Assembly: GCA_030141605.1 (NCBI GenBank)
Contig: JAQGDQ010000073.1
Location: 372,001 to 436,000, forward strand
Direction: 5' to 3'
DNA from: Tubiluchus corallicola
Lineage: Eukaryota; Animalia; Priapulida
DNA: 64,000 nt
Shown one piece after another: positions 14,560-26,200 of this stretch; position 1 is the first letter of the stretch; each line of letters begins with the position of its first letter. The notes under the pieces were generated by a model that was not told the origin of the DNA, searched no databases, and saw only the letters and a list, made by a program, of their open reading frames with translations. A program made the translations under genes and the position numbers.

Positions 14560-15240
14560 CTACATAAATTTTGCTGATCGAGTCTCAGTGTTGGCAAACT
14601 TGTCTATGATATTGTTGATGTCTATCTTCTGAACAGCATCACTCTCAATAGCCAACAGCGACAAACCACCAAGCCTGTCTTGTGCCATGGTTGATCTGCT
14701 CTGTGAGCTTGGAGCTGTGGCTTCAGGGTCTCGAAGCCTTTGATCAGATGTTAGTTCATCAAAGAATCGTTTGGTCTTCCTCTCTCTCTCTTTTGACTAA
14801 ACTGGCAGGGAACTCCTCATACAGAAGTCAACGCAGTAGGAGTGTCCTTCACACTGGTCCAGGAGGCACGCAAGTGCTTGAGATCTCTAGAAGCCATAGA
14901 CAGAAGACGTAGAGCTACTGACAAATCCGCTTGAACAGATTGTAGTTGCAGTGAATCTGAAAGAAGCAAAAGCAAACAAAATTAACATTTGGATTCAAGC
15001 CAGAATATGGAAATATAATTTAATACAAAATTACTCGTTTTATTACTTATAAAATCAGAAGTCCATAGCATAACAGCCAGCTTTTTTTATTTTAGTAAAG
15101 TGAAGTCAGAATTGACTCTAGAGTTCTTTCAAATAAAACTGTCCTAAATTTGCATGTTTTTAGGGTCAGGCTTGGGGACCTCTAGACCTCGGGGGCCCCT
15201 GGAATTTGTCCAGCCTTGTCCAATGGGCGTTACGCAACTG
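14560..15240 (-). mobile_element. hAT transposon remnant (internally deleted) retaining the C-terminal dimerisation-domain fragment
   Basis: Minus strand 14697-14560 reads RSTMAQDRLGGLSLLAIESDAVQKIDINNIIDKFANTETRSAKFM*, the hAT RSTMxQxRLxxLxLLxIE signature. A hAT-like terminus CAGTTGCGTAACGCCCATTGG...GGGGGCCCC starts at 15240. Confidence 0.8.
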
Positions 15241-16499
15241 CTACATTGTGGTGTTGCAGTGCTGTTAAATTATACCTGTTGCAATGAGCGTAATGGGAAC
15301 TACATTATGTATAAGTTATTTCGCATGACTATTGGCGCTTTGGGAACAATGTTCCCCAAAGCGCCCAATTTTGATCAAGTAATTCAAAATGTAAAGATTA
15401 AAGTAGCCTGCCTGAAATTGACATCAAACTAACTTTAAACCTGTTTCACCAAAATATTCTGCCAATAAATATTTATGCAACCGACAACACTTCAAACTTT
15501 AAGGGATGCTTTATGGGGCACTTTCCACAGGAATAAAAATGTAAGTGGTCGATAGAATTAAACACATATTTATCGTATTTGTACTTCTAACAAAATCATT
15601 ATCAAAGCACTAAATATAAAAAACATGCTGTACAGCAAAAATTAATCAACACAAACTTTTGAACAATATAACCTGTGCCTTGAAAACACGAAAATTTCGA
15701 CATATAAATGATACTCAATTGGTAAGCCAGACAGATGGACATGGCACAATATGAAATTAGTATGAATTATTTCTTATTAATAAAGTGTTCGACAGAAACA
15801 TTTGCAAAACTTCTTCGCAGAGAAAAGGTAATGTATAATTGGTTGAAGTCAATGGTCTTTAGGATGTCATTTTCCATAGTATAGTATGATATTTATTTAT
15901 TGAGAGCAAGTCAGAACCTTGGTAGATTAGGTAATAAGCGTAGGACCCCTATGCTCGTGCATGGTCCATGGTCGGGCAATTTCCCAGCATGCCCACAAAT
16001 TAAGGCGACCTTGCATTGAAGGCTAGAGGAAAGCTGACAGCATGTAGTCTGCATTATAAGAAGAAAATCAAAATTAATAATTATACTGACATTATTATTA
16101 TACATGATATTTTTTATTTAAAATTAAGTTTTAATTATTTGTATTCTCATTTTAACGGTTGCCTCACGCCATTTACAACTTTAAGTGAACGAGAGCACCG
16201 AATTTGCAAAAAGTATAAGTTTACATGACATTAAGGCCAACCCTCCATATTTTTATATTTTGTTATTCATTAAGCTTGTTGGTGTCTGATCTATTTTGCT
16301 TTGTACGGCATTGAATGATGTAAACAGGTTTTCTATAGGTTGGTGGTGCTAGATGATTTTAGCAGCGTAGTTAGGTGTTAGTGGACATAATAGCAGTAGA
16401 AAGTGACCAGCTGATAGCTAATGACAACAAATTAATTGCCCTGTCATAAACCTGACTACTATAACGTACTACAATCCTAGAAAGATCTATAGAAATAAA

Positions 16500-16684
16500 T
16501 TTGGCGGGTATGAATTAAGCAAACTGATTGGTTAAATCTAGCGTGTATGACAGGCGTCCTCGGCAAGTCATTGGATTAATTTAGTCACGTGGCGCGATTT
16601 CGCACATTAACGACGCTGCGTTGACTTGGCGGGAGGGTAGCCATTCCATCCGTTGTTAGAGAAGATTTACGTTGTGTTATCAAA
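16500..16684 (+). promoter_or_regulatory. H2A.Z promoter/5' region with NF-Y, E2F and E-box motifs
   Basis: Locally CpG-rich. Reverse CCAAT boxes (ATTGG) at 16527 and 16570, CACGTG at 16586-16591, and E2F-like TTGGCGGG at 16501 and 16626, directly upstream of the ATG at 16685. Confidence 0.65.
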
Positions 16685-19089
16685 ATGGTAATTTTTTTCC
16701 AGTAAATCTTAGCAATATTTGATGCCATCTACTTACAAATTTTATAAAGTGTGAGAACTAAAAATTTCCTCTTTACGATACCGTGTTTAGTTTTGTTCTA
16801 GCTAGCGTATTTACAGAAATATTTGCATTTTTAGGCAGGTGGTAAAGCCGGAAAAGACTCGGGTAAAGCCAAAGCAAAGGCTGTTTCGCGGTCGGCGAGA
16901 GCCGGTTTGCAGGTTGGTTAAAAATTCAATGTCTTGTGAGGAAACCGCATAACTTTTATAATACAAAAGAATTATTTGTATATTGTTGCGCACAGATGGG
17001 AAAATAAAAATTTTGTTTACTGAGATACTTTTATTTCAGTTTCCCGTCGGTCGTATTCATAGACATTTAAAAACGCGGACAACGAGCCATGGCCGAGTTG
17101 GAGCTACAGCAGCTGTTTACAGTGCAGCAATTTTGGAATATTTGACCGCTGAGGTAGGTTTTTTATTGATTTGCTGTTTTTTGAAAACAAAGTAAGATAA
17201 TTTTAAATGTACGAATTTGTAGCCGAAATTTTGTCGTATTTGAATAAAGTTTAATAACTTCGTTATTACGAAATAATTATTCGGACAAATTTGTGACACT
17301 GTCAGGTCGTTATTTTTCTTTCGTTTGCTGTTGTTCTTTTTTCCCTACCTTTGTTCGCCTTCTTCCAGTTTAAATTTGAAACTAGCTACTTGAGATATTT
17401 TCTGTTTGAAAATGGCGGGAGGTTAACAAAATGGCCGTCTTGGCGGTGTGCCAACGGTACGCGTCTATTGTAACAAAAGCCTGGGCGAGTCCCATTCTGT
17501 ATAGGGGTTTTGTTTGATACTGTAGGTTTGTCAGTTAATTTTAAAGATATTTTGCCTAATATTTTTGTCGATTTTAAGTTAATCTCCATGGATAAATAAG
17601 GTATTTTCAAATCAAAATTAAGAGTTTTACAGCACTATTTTTTAATAGTAACTGTAAGTAAAATTAGAATTGCAAGACCAGCTTTGTAGATGAATGATAG
17701 AATGACATACAATTTAACAAGTACTAAATTTATTCGTTTTTGAGACTTATTATTTAAGTAAATTTTTATGCACTGATTTTTTAATGACTTCATAAAATTA
17801 AATGTGTAATTTGTCATAGCGGTTCAGTTGGTCTTGGCAAATTTGAACTTGGGGTATAAATATGTTATGCTGATGTGATTTTCCAATCAATAATCAAATA
17901 ACTAGTACGGGTACTAAACATGTTATGCTGATGTGATTTTCCAGTCACTAATCAAATAACTAGTACAGGTACTAAACATGTTATGCTGATGTGATTTTCT
18001 AATGAATAATCAAATAACTAGTATGGGTATTGAGTGCAAAAAGTGTAAGCGAGAAATGTTCAATAATCTGTATTCATTTATAATGTATGGAGAAAAAAAA
18101 TTGTAATTATTGAACTTTATTAAAGATTATTAGAGTAATTGGATTATTAAAGTAAATCTTTTTTAGCTCATGACATGGATTTCATGATTATAGATTTTTA
18201 TCTATTTATCTAGGTATTAGAATTAGCAGGCAATGCTAGTAAAGATTTAAAAGTAAAAAGAATTACTCCAAGACATTTGCAGTTGGCCATTCGGGGAGAT
18301 GAAGAATTGGACAGCCTTATCAAAGCCACTATTGCTGGCGGTGGTATGTTTTTTTCGTATACTGTTATACAAGAGCTTTTATTAATCTAATATCAGTTTT
18401 TATGAGAGTGGACGTTGAGATTTCTGATTAAGCTTGTAGTGTAGCTACTAATATTTTCTGTGTTTTTTTGCTGGTTTTTTTTTTGTTTAAGTCAAATTCG
18501 TCAGTGTTCAGATAGCATGAAATTGTTATATATGCAATACCATGTCAGTACCTATCAGTACTCTGTTCCATTATATACATTTTCAGTTAAGTTCTGAAAA
18601 ATAGAACAAGATTCTTGATAGCACAAAGTTACTTGAAAGGTGAAATTTACCAAGGAATCAACCTAACCTTTCTCTTAGTGCAATGGTTATAACTAGTTGC
18701 CAAATCTACCCTTAGATTTGGCAACTTAGATTAGGACTTAGAATCACATATCGTTCATTCTGTCTTCTCTAGAATAAATGGTATACCGTTTCGTATTATA
18801 ATGCTGGATTTCATGTCTTTGAAAGGATGATACAAGTTTTTTGATATTGTAAAAGATGATTCTAAAATTGTTTTGTGTTGCACGTTTTGGTGTTGCATAT
18901 TCTTATGGTTATTGTGATCATTTTTGTTAATTTTATCATCTAACTATTTTTTTCGTTGTTTTTTTATGAAGGTAGATTGGATTATAAGTGCAAAAGTTGG
19001 TGTCTAACCATTATCTTCTCGTTTCAGGTGTTATACCTCATATTCACAAATCTCTCATTGGCAAAAAGGGATCACAAAAGGCTGCATAA
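16685..19089 (+). CDS. H2AZ: Histone variant H2A.Z (H2A.V), 128 aa, 5 exons
   Basis: join(16685-16687,16835-16912,17040-17153,18214-18343,19028-19089) = 387 nt, all introns GT..AG. Protein [128 protein letters not shown]. The ATG-only first coding exon is typical of animal H2A.Z genes. Confidence 0.99.
17857..18031. repeat. 58-bp tandem repeat x3 in H2A.Z intron 3
   Basis: ATGTTATGCTGATGTGATTTT recurs at 17862, 17920 and 17978. Confidence 0.92.
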
Positions 19090-19495
19090 AATCTTTCCGA
19101 TTTCATCAATTATCAGAACACCAAAAATATTGTAAAAAACACAATTATCGTTGACACCAGTTTGTATTGGTGGAGCCAGCCAGCTGCTTGATACTGCCCA
19201 GTTATTGTTTAATAATTTGTCTATGAATGTAATGTTTGTAAATTTTCACTTTTAGTTAGGTGAGTGAGATTTTTGACAAATGTTTAAGAGTGTATTGTCC
19301 GTAACTGTTTACGTAGTGTGTTGTTGTGTTTGTAAAAACTGCATTTAGTGTAGGGTTGCTCAGAATCTGTTGTATATAAAAAAGTATGTTGTAGTTTGTC
19401 TTATTCGAATTTTTAGCACATTGAATTTCTTATCTAGCATGGTAGTTTGAAGATAGCCAACCAGAGTTAGCTCTCATAATTTAAATTTAAGTGCA

Positions 19496-19501
19496 AATAA
19501 A
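19496..19501 (+). terminator. Candidate polyadenylation signal for H2A.Z (alternatives at 20161 and 20429)
   Basis: AATAAA ~400 nt after the stop codon, following a U/GU-rich 3' UTR. Confidence 0.5.
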
Positions 19502-20570
19502 GTTAACAGTTAATTATTTTTTAAGGAACAACATAGTAACATGACTGCTAATCCTGTACTCTGCAAATCCTCAGCGAGTGAAGTTTTCTTGCTAACACAT
19601 GTATTTAACTTAATGGTTTAAGTTGTCGGTTCCTTGCACCAAAAGGCTCATTCGAGGTGTGCCAGTCTCATAGATTTTGAAATGTATGTAGATATTTTTC
19701 TGGTTTTCTTCGTTGATATAGTATGACTTGATTAGCTTTAACATATTAGCAATTTTGTATTATCTGGCTTTGTTTATTTGTCTATTGATTATTAGCAATA
19801 TCAGAAACGTGTGTGGTTTTGTAGCATAATTTGCCATGGTACAAGTACAAAATGTCATTGTTCAACTGTAAACACTAGCATTCCTTTTACTTGAGACAAC
19901 CAATTTTAAAGGTGTCAGATTTGTTTTCTGTGAAAACGTTCAATTGTTTGAATGAAGAATATGTTAAATGTTTAAAAATGAATACTAGGTAATGCATTTA
20001 TAAGTAGTTAGTTTGAGTTAACTGTAAGAAAGAAATATACCCGAGATTGGTTTATAACTATTCGTTTCCTCTTGGGCAAAACGTTGAGTTTTATCGAGCA
20101 TCAGCTTAATTGTTAGTCTGTTGTGACTTAGACTTACTATATTTGTCAGTAATCGATGACAATAAAACTGGTGATTCATAAATTTGCACAATTTGACCAA
20201 GCAGGATGATTTTAAGGTTAAACATGCTTCATTTTGCTAAAAGCTGCAAGCTGGCATCATTAGTAAATACCAGTCTTATTGTAATTATTATAGGCTAGCA
20301 ATAATTTATAAAATGGCCTTTAAATTCATCAAAATTTGGTCCAACCGTACAATGGATGGTTCTTAATGTTTCTGTTGTGATAACTTCATACACTGTATTT
20401 TTAAACTAAATGTATCACTGTCATTCACAATAAAAATTTTATATCATTAATCATTGATTTTGTTATATTTTCTCAAGTACATATACTGTGTCATAAAGAA
20501 GACAAACTTTCAATATCATTACTACATTTTAGGACTGTAATGCATTATTTAATTTTGTAGTTATCTACTA

Positions 20571-20744
20571 CATAGAAATCTACTGCACAAATTAAATCCA
20601 TATTCGCATAGTACATAAAATTGCAGTTATGTATAGAAATTTGCAGAAATTAAATCCATATTCGCATAGTACATAAAATTGCAGTTATGTATAGAAAACT
20701 ACTGCACAAATTAAATCTATATCCACGTAGTACATAAAATTGCA
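20571..20744. repeat. ~59-bp tandem repeat x3 between the convergent H2A.Z and SLC35F6-like 3' ends
   Basis: AAATTAAATC(C/T)ATAT...TAGTACATAAAATTGCA occurs three times. Confidence 0.88.
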
Positions 20745-23221
20745 CCATTGCATATTTTATTACACATTCTGTCGAAGTTGCAAAAAAATGCAACTAGATT
20801 CAATTAAATAGAAAAGCAGAATTCTGATATAATAATAATATTGTTTAAATAAAATTTAATAGCTCATATTTATCCTGCAAGTAATAAAAAAGCAACGATT
20901 CTCAAGGTTTACAGATTCTACTTGTTGAAAGTTATCCAGTTCTACACATTCAATTTAGTACGTGCACATGATTTGAAAAGTAAATGCTAGCATTTAATAA
21001 GCCTTTTCATATTTCCAGAGATTGATGATAATCATGAAAAAGTCAAAGGTTAAGTGAATCAGTTCATATGACAACGCCTCGCAGCCCATGCTATTGTAAT
21101 CATAACAGTTTTAACAGCTAGCTAGAACCTTATCTAATTCATTTTTTCTTGTTCCCAAGCAAGATCCTGCTAGTAAATCACTCTATGCACAGACCAATGC
21201 ATAACTAAGTAAAATCGTTGTAAAACAGCTGAAGTTACTGAACTGATGTGGCAGACCGCTTTGCTTTATTTACATGTCATGTGGCGGTGGTAGTTAAAAT
21301 GCACTGCTGTGGTACACTTAACATTCAACCTATAGCAACTATGCGTGTGCACAACAAAATTGAAAAGGCTTATTGTCAAAGACTGCGGCGGTTTTGTTGC
21401 ATCAACAGGGTTCAAAATATATAATCACATGTATATTCACACGAAGTTTGGTGTTTGTCAACAAGACTAGAGGTAGTGAAACCAGACATTTATACCCCAG
21501 TTAGTTACACCCGTTGGGCACCTTGAAACATACAAACTAATTTTGAAGTGATCATGGAATCAAGCTGGATGAGAAATTAAGTACAGTCATAAATAAACCT
21601 CTTTGTACCGCCCAAGTTGGAACTGTTAAGCGAGATTCTCATTACAATGAGGTGCATTAATACATACATGTCTATGCAAATAAAGACATTTTAGTTTGCA
21701 AAAAATGTGGGAGTTAAGTGAGGATGACATTATAAAGGATACATTATAACGAGCTTTGACTGTACATACATATTTGGATATAATAGTATCATTAATTTTT
21801 GAAGTGATTTGCACATGGGTTTATGCAGGCCTACACTAGATTTTTGAAAAGTGGGCAGGATTTCATCATAACAAAAGATTAATACTGTCGAATCCCATAA
21901 TACATTTTAAGTGTGCTTCGTACAGTCTTTTACTGTGCACTTGTCTTAAGTCATACGTACTTGATAAATGCTTTGCCCTTTTAGGGTCTTGAATCCCGAG
22001 CTGCACTTGCAAATATATATGCAATAAAACCAAAGGGTTATCCAACATCAAGTACAGCTACTCAAGGTATTCGTTAGTTGTTACTTGATAGCTGTTCAGG
22101 CAAGTGATATCGCAGAATCTAGAATCTACTGCATGTTAATTTAGACTTAACAATTTGTAACTTGCAAATAAGCAAGTTCGTTAATTCTTACTACATGCCT
22201 AGGTATGAAACCACTGCAGGTACCATGTACTGTGTGTAAATAAACTGTTCTTTGAAAATTTACAATTGGAAAATAATAATATGGGTAATTATTTACATAA
22301 ATATATTCAGTGATAATTAGGGGTGGATTGAGAATATCGCAGGCCTAAGACTATCCAAAAGCATTTTAACTATAGGGAATAGCCTAAAGCTAAACTCAGA
22401 CACAAGCATTTCAGTTAGTGTGTATTACAATTCTGGGAACATTTAAAATTTTATAGACATATACCTGTTTAGAATTAAACATAATGACCAATTACCACTT
22501 TACATCACAAAATAGTAGTCTTCAATTTCTACTGAACCTTTTGTAGGCTTAACTTCAAAGGCATGGGCCTTCATTTTAATTTACATTGAGTCTTGAAACA
22601 ATTAATAATTATTCTTTACAATCATTTGTTTTAAAGATATAGCCTAGCTATAGCCTAAAATTTAATTGAAAAGAAGTAGCTGAAGTGCAATATAAATACA
22701 AAAGATTTAATCTTAAAAAGCAGATATTTATACAGGTTTAATCTATCGTTAGTTTTTTTGTTCAGTTTTGTTGCTGATCTCTCTAGGAGTCAGTCTCAAG
22801 GCCTAAGGCTATAGTCTTAATGTCTAATAGTTAGTCCATCACTGGTAAAATCAGGAAAACAGTAAGTTGGTTGTCGTACTACAAAATTTCCTAATAATCG
22901 CAGGTGATATGGATTACTATTTACTCTAGTTCACCACCTTTGAGTCTTTGAAAACCATCACATTTTTGGGAGCATTGAAGTCATTTGCATTATTGAGATC
23001 CGGCTGTACATTCTGTACTGTAGATGAACTTATAAAACTCCTCTTTGGATAGAATCTGAACTTCATCAGTTGTAGGTTTCTAAGACAGTTAGAATGGTTC
23101 ATTAATACCATTGTTAAAGTAATGCATCAGACATTTAGAGATTTTTCCATATCAATAAAACTCTGGCCAACATTCTTTGCGATTCATGATTGAAAGACAT
23201 TAATTGAGATTTTCACGCTCG

Positions 23222-26200
23222 TTAATTAGCTAGCAAAGGTTCGGCTTCCCTTGTTTCCTCTTCACTGTAGTCATCATAGGCTTGTATACTTGCATGCAGA
23301 CCATCTGACGGTATTCGAAAACTTCGGCAAAAACAGATGAGTGATGGATCCAACAGTTCATTGTAGATTGCTGTGCCAAGCATCAAGAACAGAAAACCAT
23401 CAACTGGAAAAAGGCAATTCTAAAATCACAAACCTGTTAAAAGCCACATTAATCTTAATAGTCTTAAGATAATCTTGCTATTAATTATCGTGAAAAATTT
23501 GAAATGCACTAAAGCTTTTAAACTGGGATATTCTGTTTACAAGACAGGTACCTTAGACTACTAGGCCACCATATTCCCCAGTGATCGAAGCAGTTCTTTA
23601 GAGCTGATTTTTTTTGGTTAGCCAGCTCTGAGAGTTGAACTTTGGATTACCTTGATTACTACAGAAAATGGTGGCTTAGTAGTCTGAGGCACTTGGCTTA
23701 TAAGGTGAAGATCCCTGGTTCAAACACAGGCTGTATTCTAACTTTTTTATGCTTCCTCTCTTTCAAGTTTGAAATTAAAATTTAATTAATTGTGGGTTTC
23801 AACCATTTGGCAAAAATTTGTCATAGTTTTAGAAACTGTAGACTAATCGGAGTGCAAAAAATACCATGCAAGATCAGAGTAATTTTCCCAAACAGTCTAC
23901 CCAAAAGTGTATCTGTAACTGTGACCAAGGCCAGTAGTACTTATGTACTAGTTTAGCTCTTTTCATACCTGTGACCGAGGGCTTTTCATACCTATGGCTA
24001 AAGAAGCAACGGGCTAAGACAAATCTCAGTTATAGATATGAAGAGGGCTAAACTACTACATATGTACAAGCGGCTTCGGTCACAGTTACAGGACCCACCA
24101 ACAAAGCTGCCCAGAAGAAACCAGCAAAAGAATGAGACTTCACTACAATGTAACTGGGGGTGTGGAGAAGTGCTAATAATGTTTGGGTATAGCACTAATA
24201 AGTGCAACATAGCTTGGGTCAGAAGTCCATAAACCAAAACAGTTCCTTCCTATTTTGGTAAATCCCAAATAACAACTAAATTTATAAAGTTAAAATTTAA
24301 CTCAGAAAAGTTTACAACTTAATTTATTTCAAGTTGGGAACATGCAACGTGGTATTGCCAGTAGTAACCTGTTTTAAAAGATTGCATTTAAAATTGCATC
24401 AAATCTGTCTATTCTAAACTTCACGAACTTTTAAATATGACCATTTATGTAGCATAATTTCGCTAATACTCAAGTTGATTTAAACTAGGAAAGAAGTCGA
24501 GGTGCCCATTAGGTCTCAATTTTTTTCACAGAAGCTTTCATCCTTCGCGGGCTTCATCAGCTGAAATCTACTTGCGAAGGAAGAAAGGTTCTGTGGAAAA
24601 ATTGAGACTTAATGGGTCATGAGACTTCTTTACGATTAAGATCATGGCAAGTCTCAGAAAAGAACTCCCTTATTTTTAAACTAAGAAACTATCTTCAGTT
24701 GGGATGTAGACACAGCGAACACATAAAATTATTTACTTTTAATCTACTTTTATCTATGTACACAAGGAGTCACAATTTAGGCCAAAAGCCTTTCCACAGT
24801 ATGATCTTAAGTAAATGTGGCAATGATAACTGCTATGATTTGCGCCATTAATTAAAGAATGTACCAGCTCTGTCTCAAACACCAAGATGGCAAGAATAAA
24901 TTGAGCAACTTTATTATAACTTGCAAAGTAACGGAGGTTATTATGAAAAGATACCCGGAAGGCAAAAACGAAGAAATTGAAAATGAAAGGAAAGACTTTG
25001 TAAAAGGGGTGAAGTCGATAACACTACCAATATATACTGGCGCAGAGAAAATGCATAAGGATATAAGGATGCAGAAAAATTGGCAAATTTCTGCTACTCC
25101 GTAAAGCAAATTTGCCCTCACAGCTCTTCAGATAATTTGCATGGCGGCAGCGTTAAAATATGAGGGTCAATTTAAGCTCATGACACTTCCAAAATGGGTG
25201 TTATAGTTACGCGCATTTCAGAATATGGTAAGCATCCAGTGGAAAAATTAGCTTCATCAGCTTATAAATGTAAGGAGTATATTGAAAATTCATCAGAATG
25301 TTTGATTTATAGATTTACAATATACTGGCCAAGATAAGTGCACGTACATTGAATCAAACTCAGCAGGTACGTGCCATAACAACCATTTTATGCTGTTTAT
25401 AGCAAAACACAATTCTGAGTTATATATTAAAGGGCTTTAGTGTAATAGCAAGAAAATTGGACATGAAACTACATTCCAAAATCCGTCCAGTGAATATCTT
25501 TCTAAAATCAATTTTTTGCTTGTAGATGTTCTAAATTTTTGCAAAAACCGATAAGATGCTCATATCATGGTACTACAGAAATTTTGCCAAAAATGTTTGG
25601 ACAAATTCAGGCAGCAGCTTTCCAGAAACTCAACCTTTTATTAATACTCAGCTAAAAATTTGCAAATTATTTCTTTTCCAGCCCTTTTCCCCAGACATCA
25701 TGATGTGAAAGAGAAAATAGGTTAAGATGATGAGCAATAAACCAAACACTTTATTATCTGGAAAGTACAGTGCCTGTTGTTCACTACATAATGTGTAGTT
25801 TTGAATAATATGGTATCACAATTTTCAAGTAGAACAACACTGCATGCTTGTGGTGCTTTCTGAAATTATTTACTAGTCAGTCAACAATACATAAGAAAAA
25901 CAACCAAAAAATAAATTAAACTATAAAAACTAAGTAAAAAGTGTAAAAATGAAAAAAGGCAAAAAAGTAAAATGCTTCACAAGCAATTAACGAATATCGC
26001 AGGTTAAGGCAAACAGTACACAAATGTAAAGGTCCACCATATCAAAGCCGACTTTCATCACTACAGGCATTTTCAACAAATATGAACCCCAATGCAACTT
26101 CAAGATATGTATAATCATTTAGTTCATTGATAATGAGACTCAGATTCATTGGTACTTGAAACTGAAACACATGATTCCACATAGAAATTCCAGTGACTCA

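Noticed and set aside
17857-18031. Intronic 58-bp repeats as tandem C/D-box snoRNAs (TGATGTGA/CTGA-like words)
   Set aside because: No properly ordered RUGAUGA...CUGA pair with a terminal stem. A simple tandem duplication explains it.
23650-23730. Functional tRNA gene
   Set aside because: A and B boxes are present, but the acceptor and anticodon stems do not pair properly. Treated as a tRNA-derived repeat.
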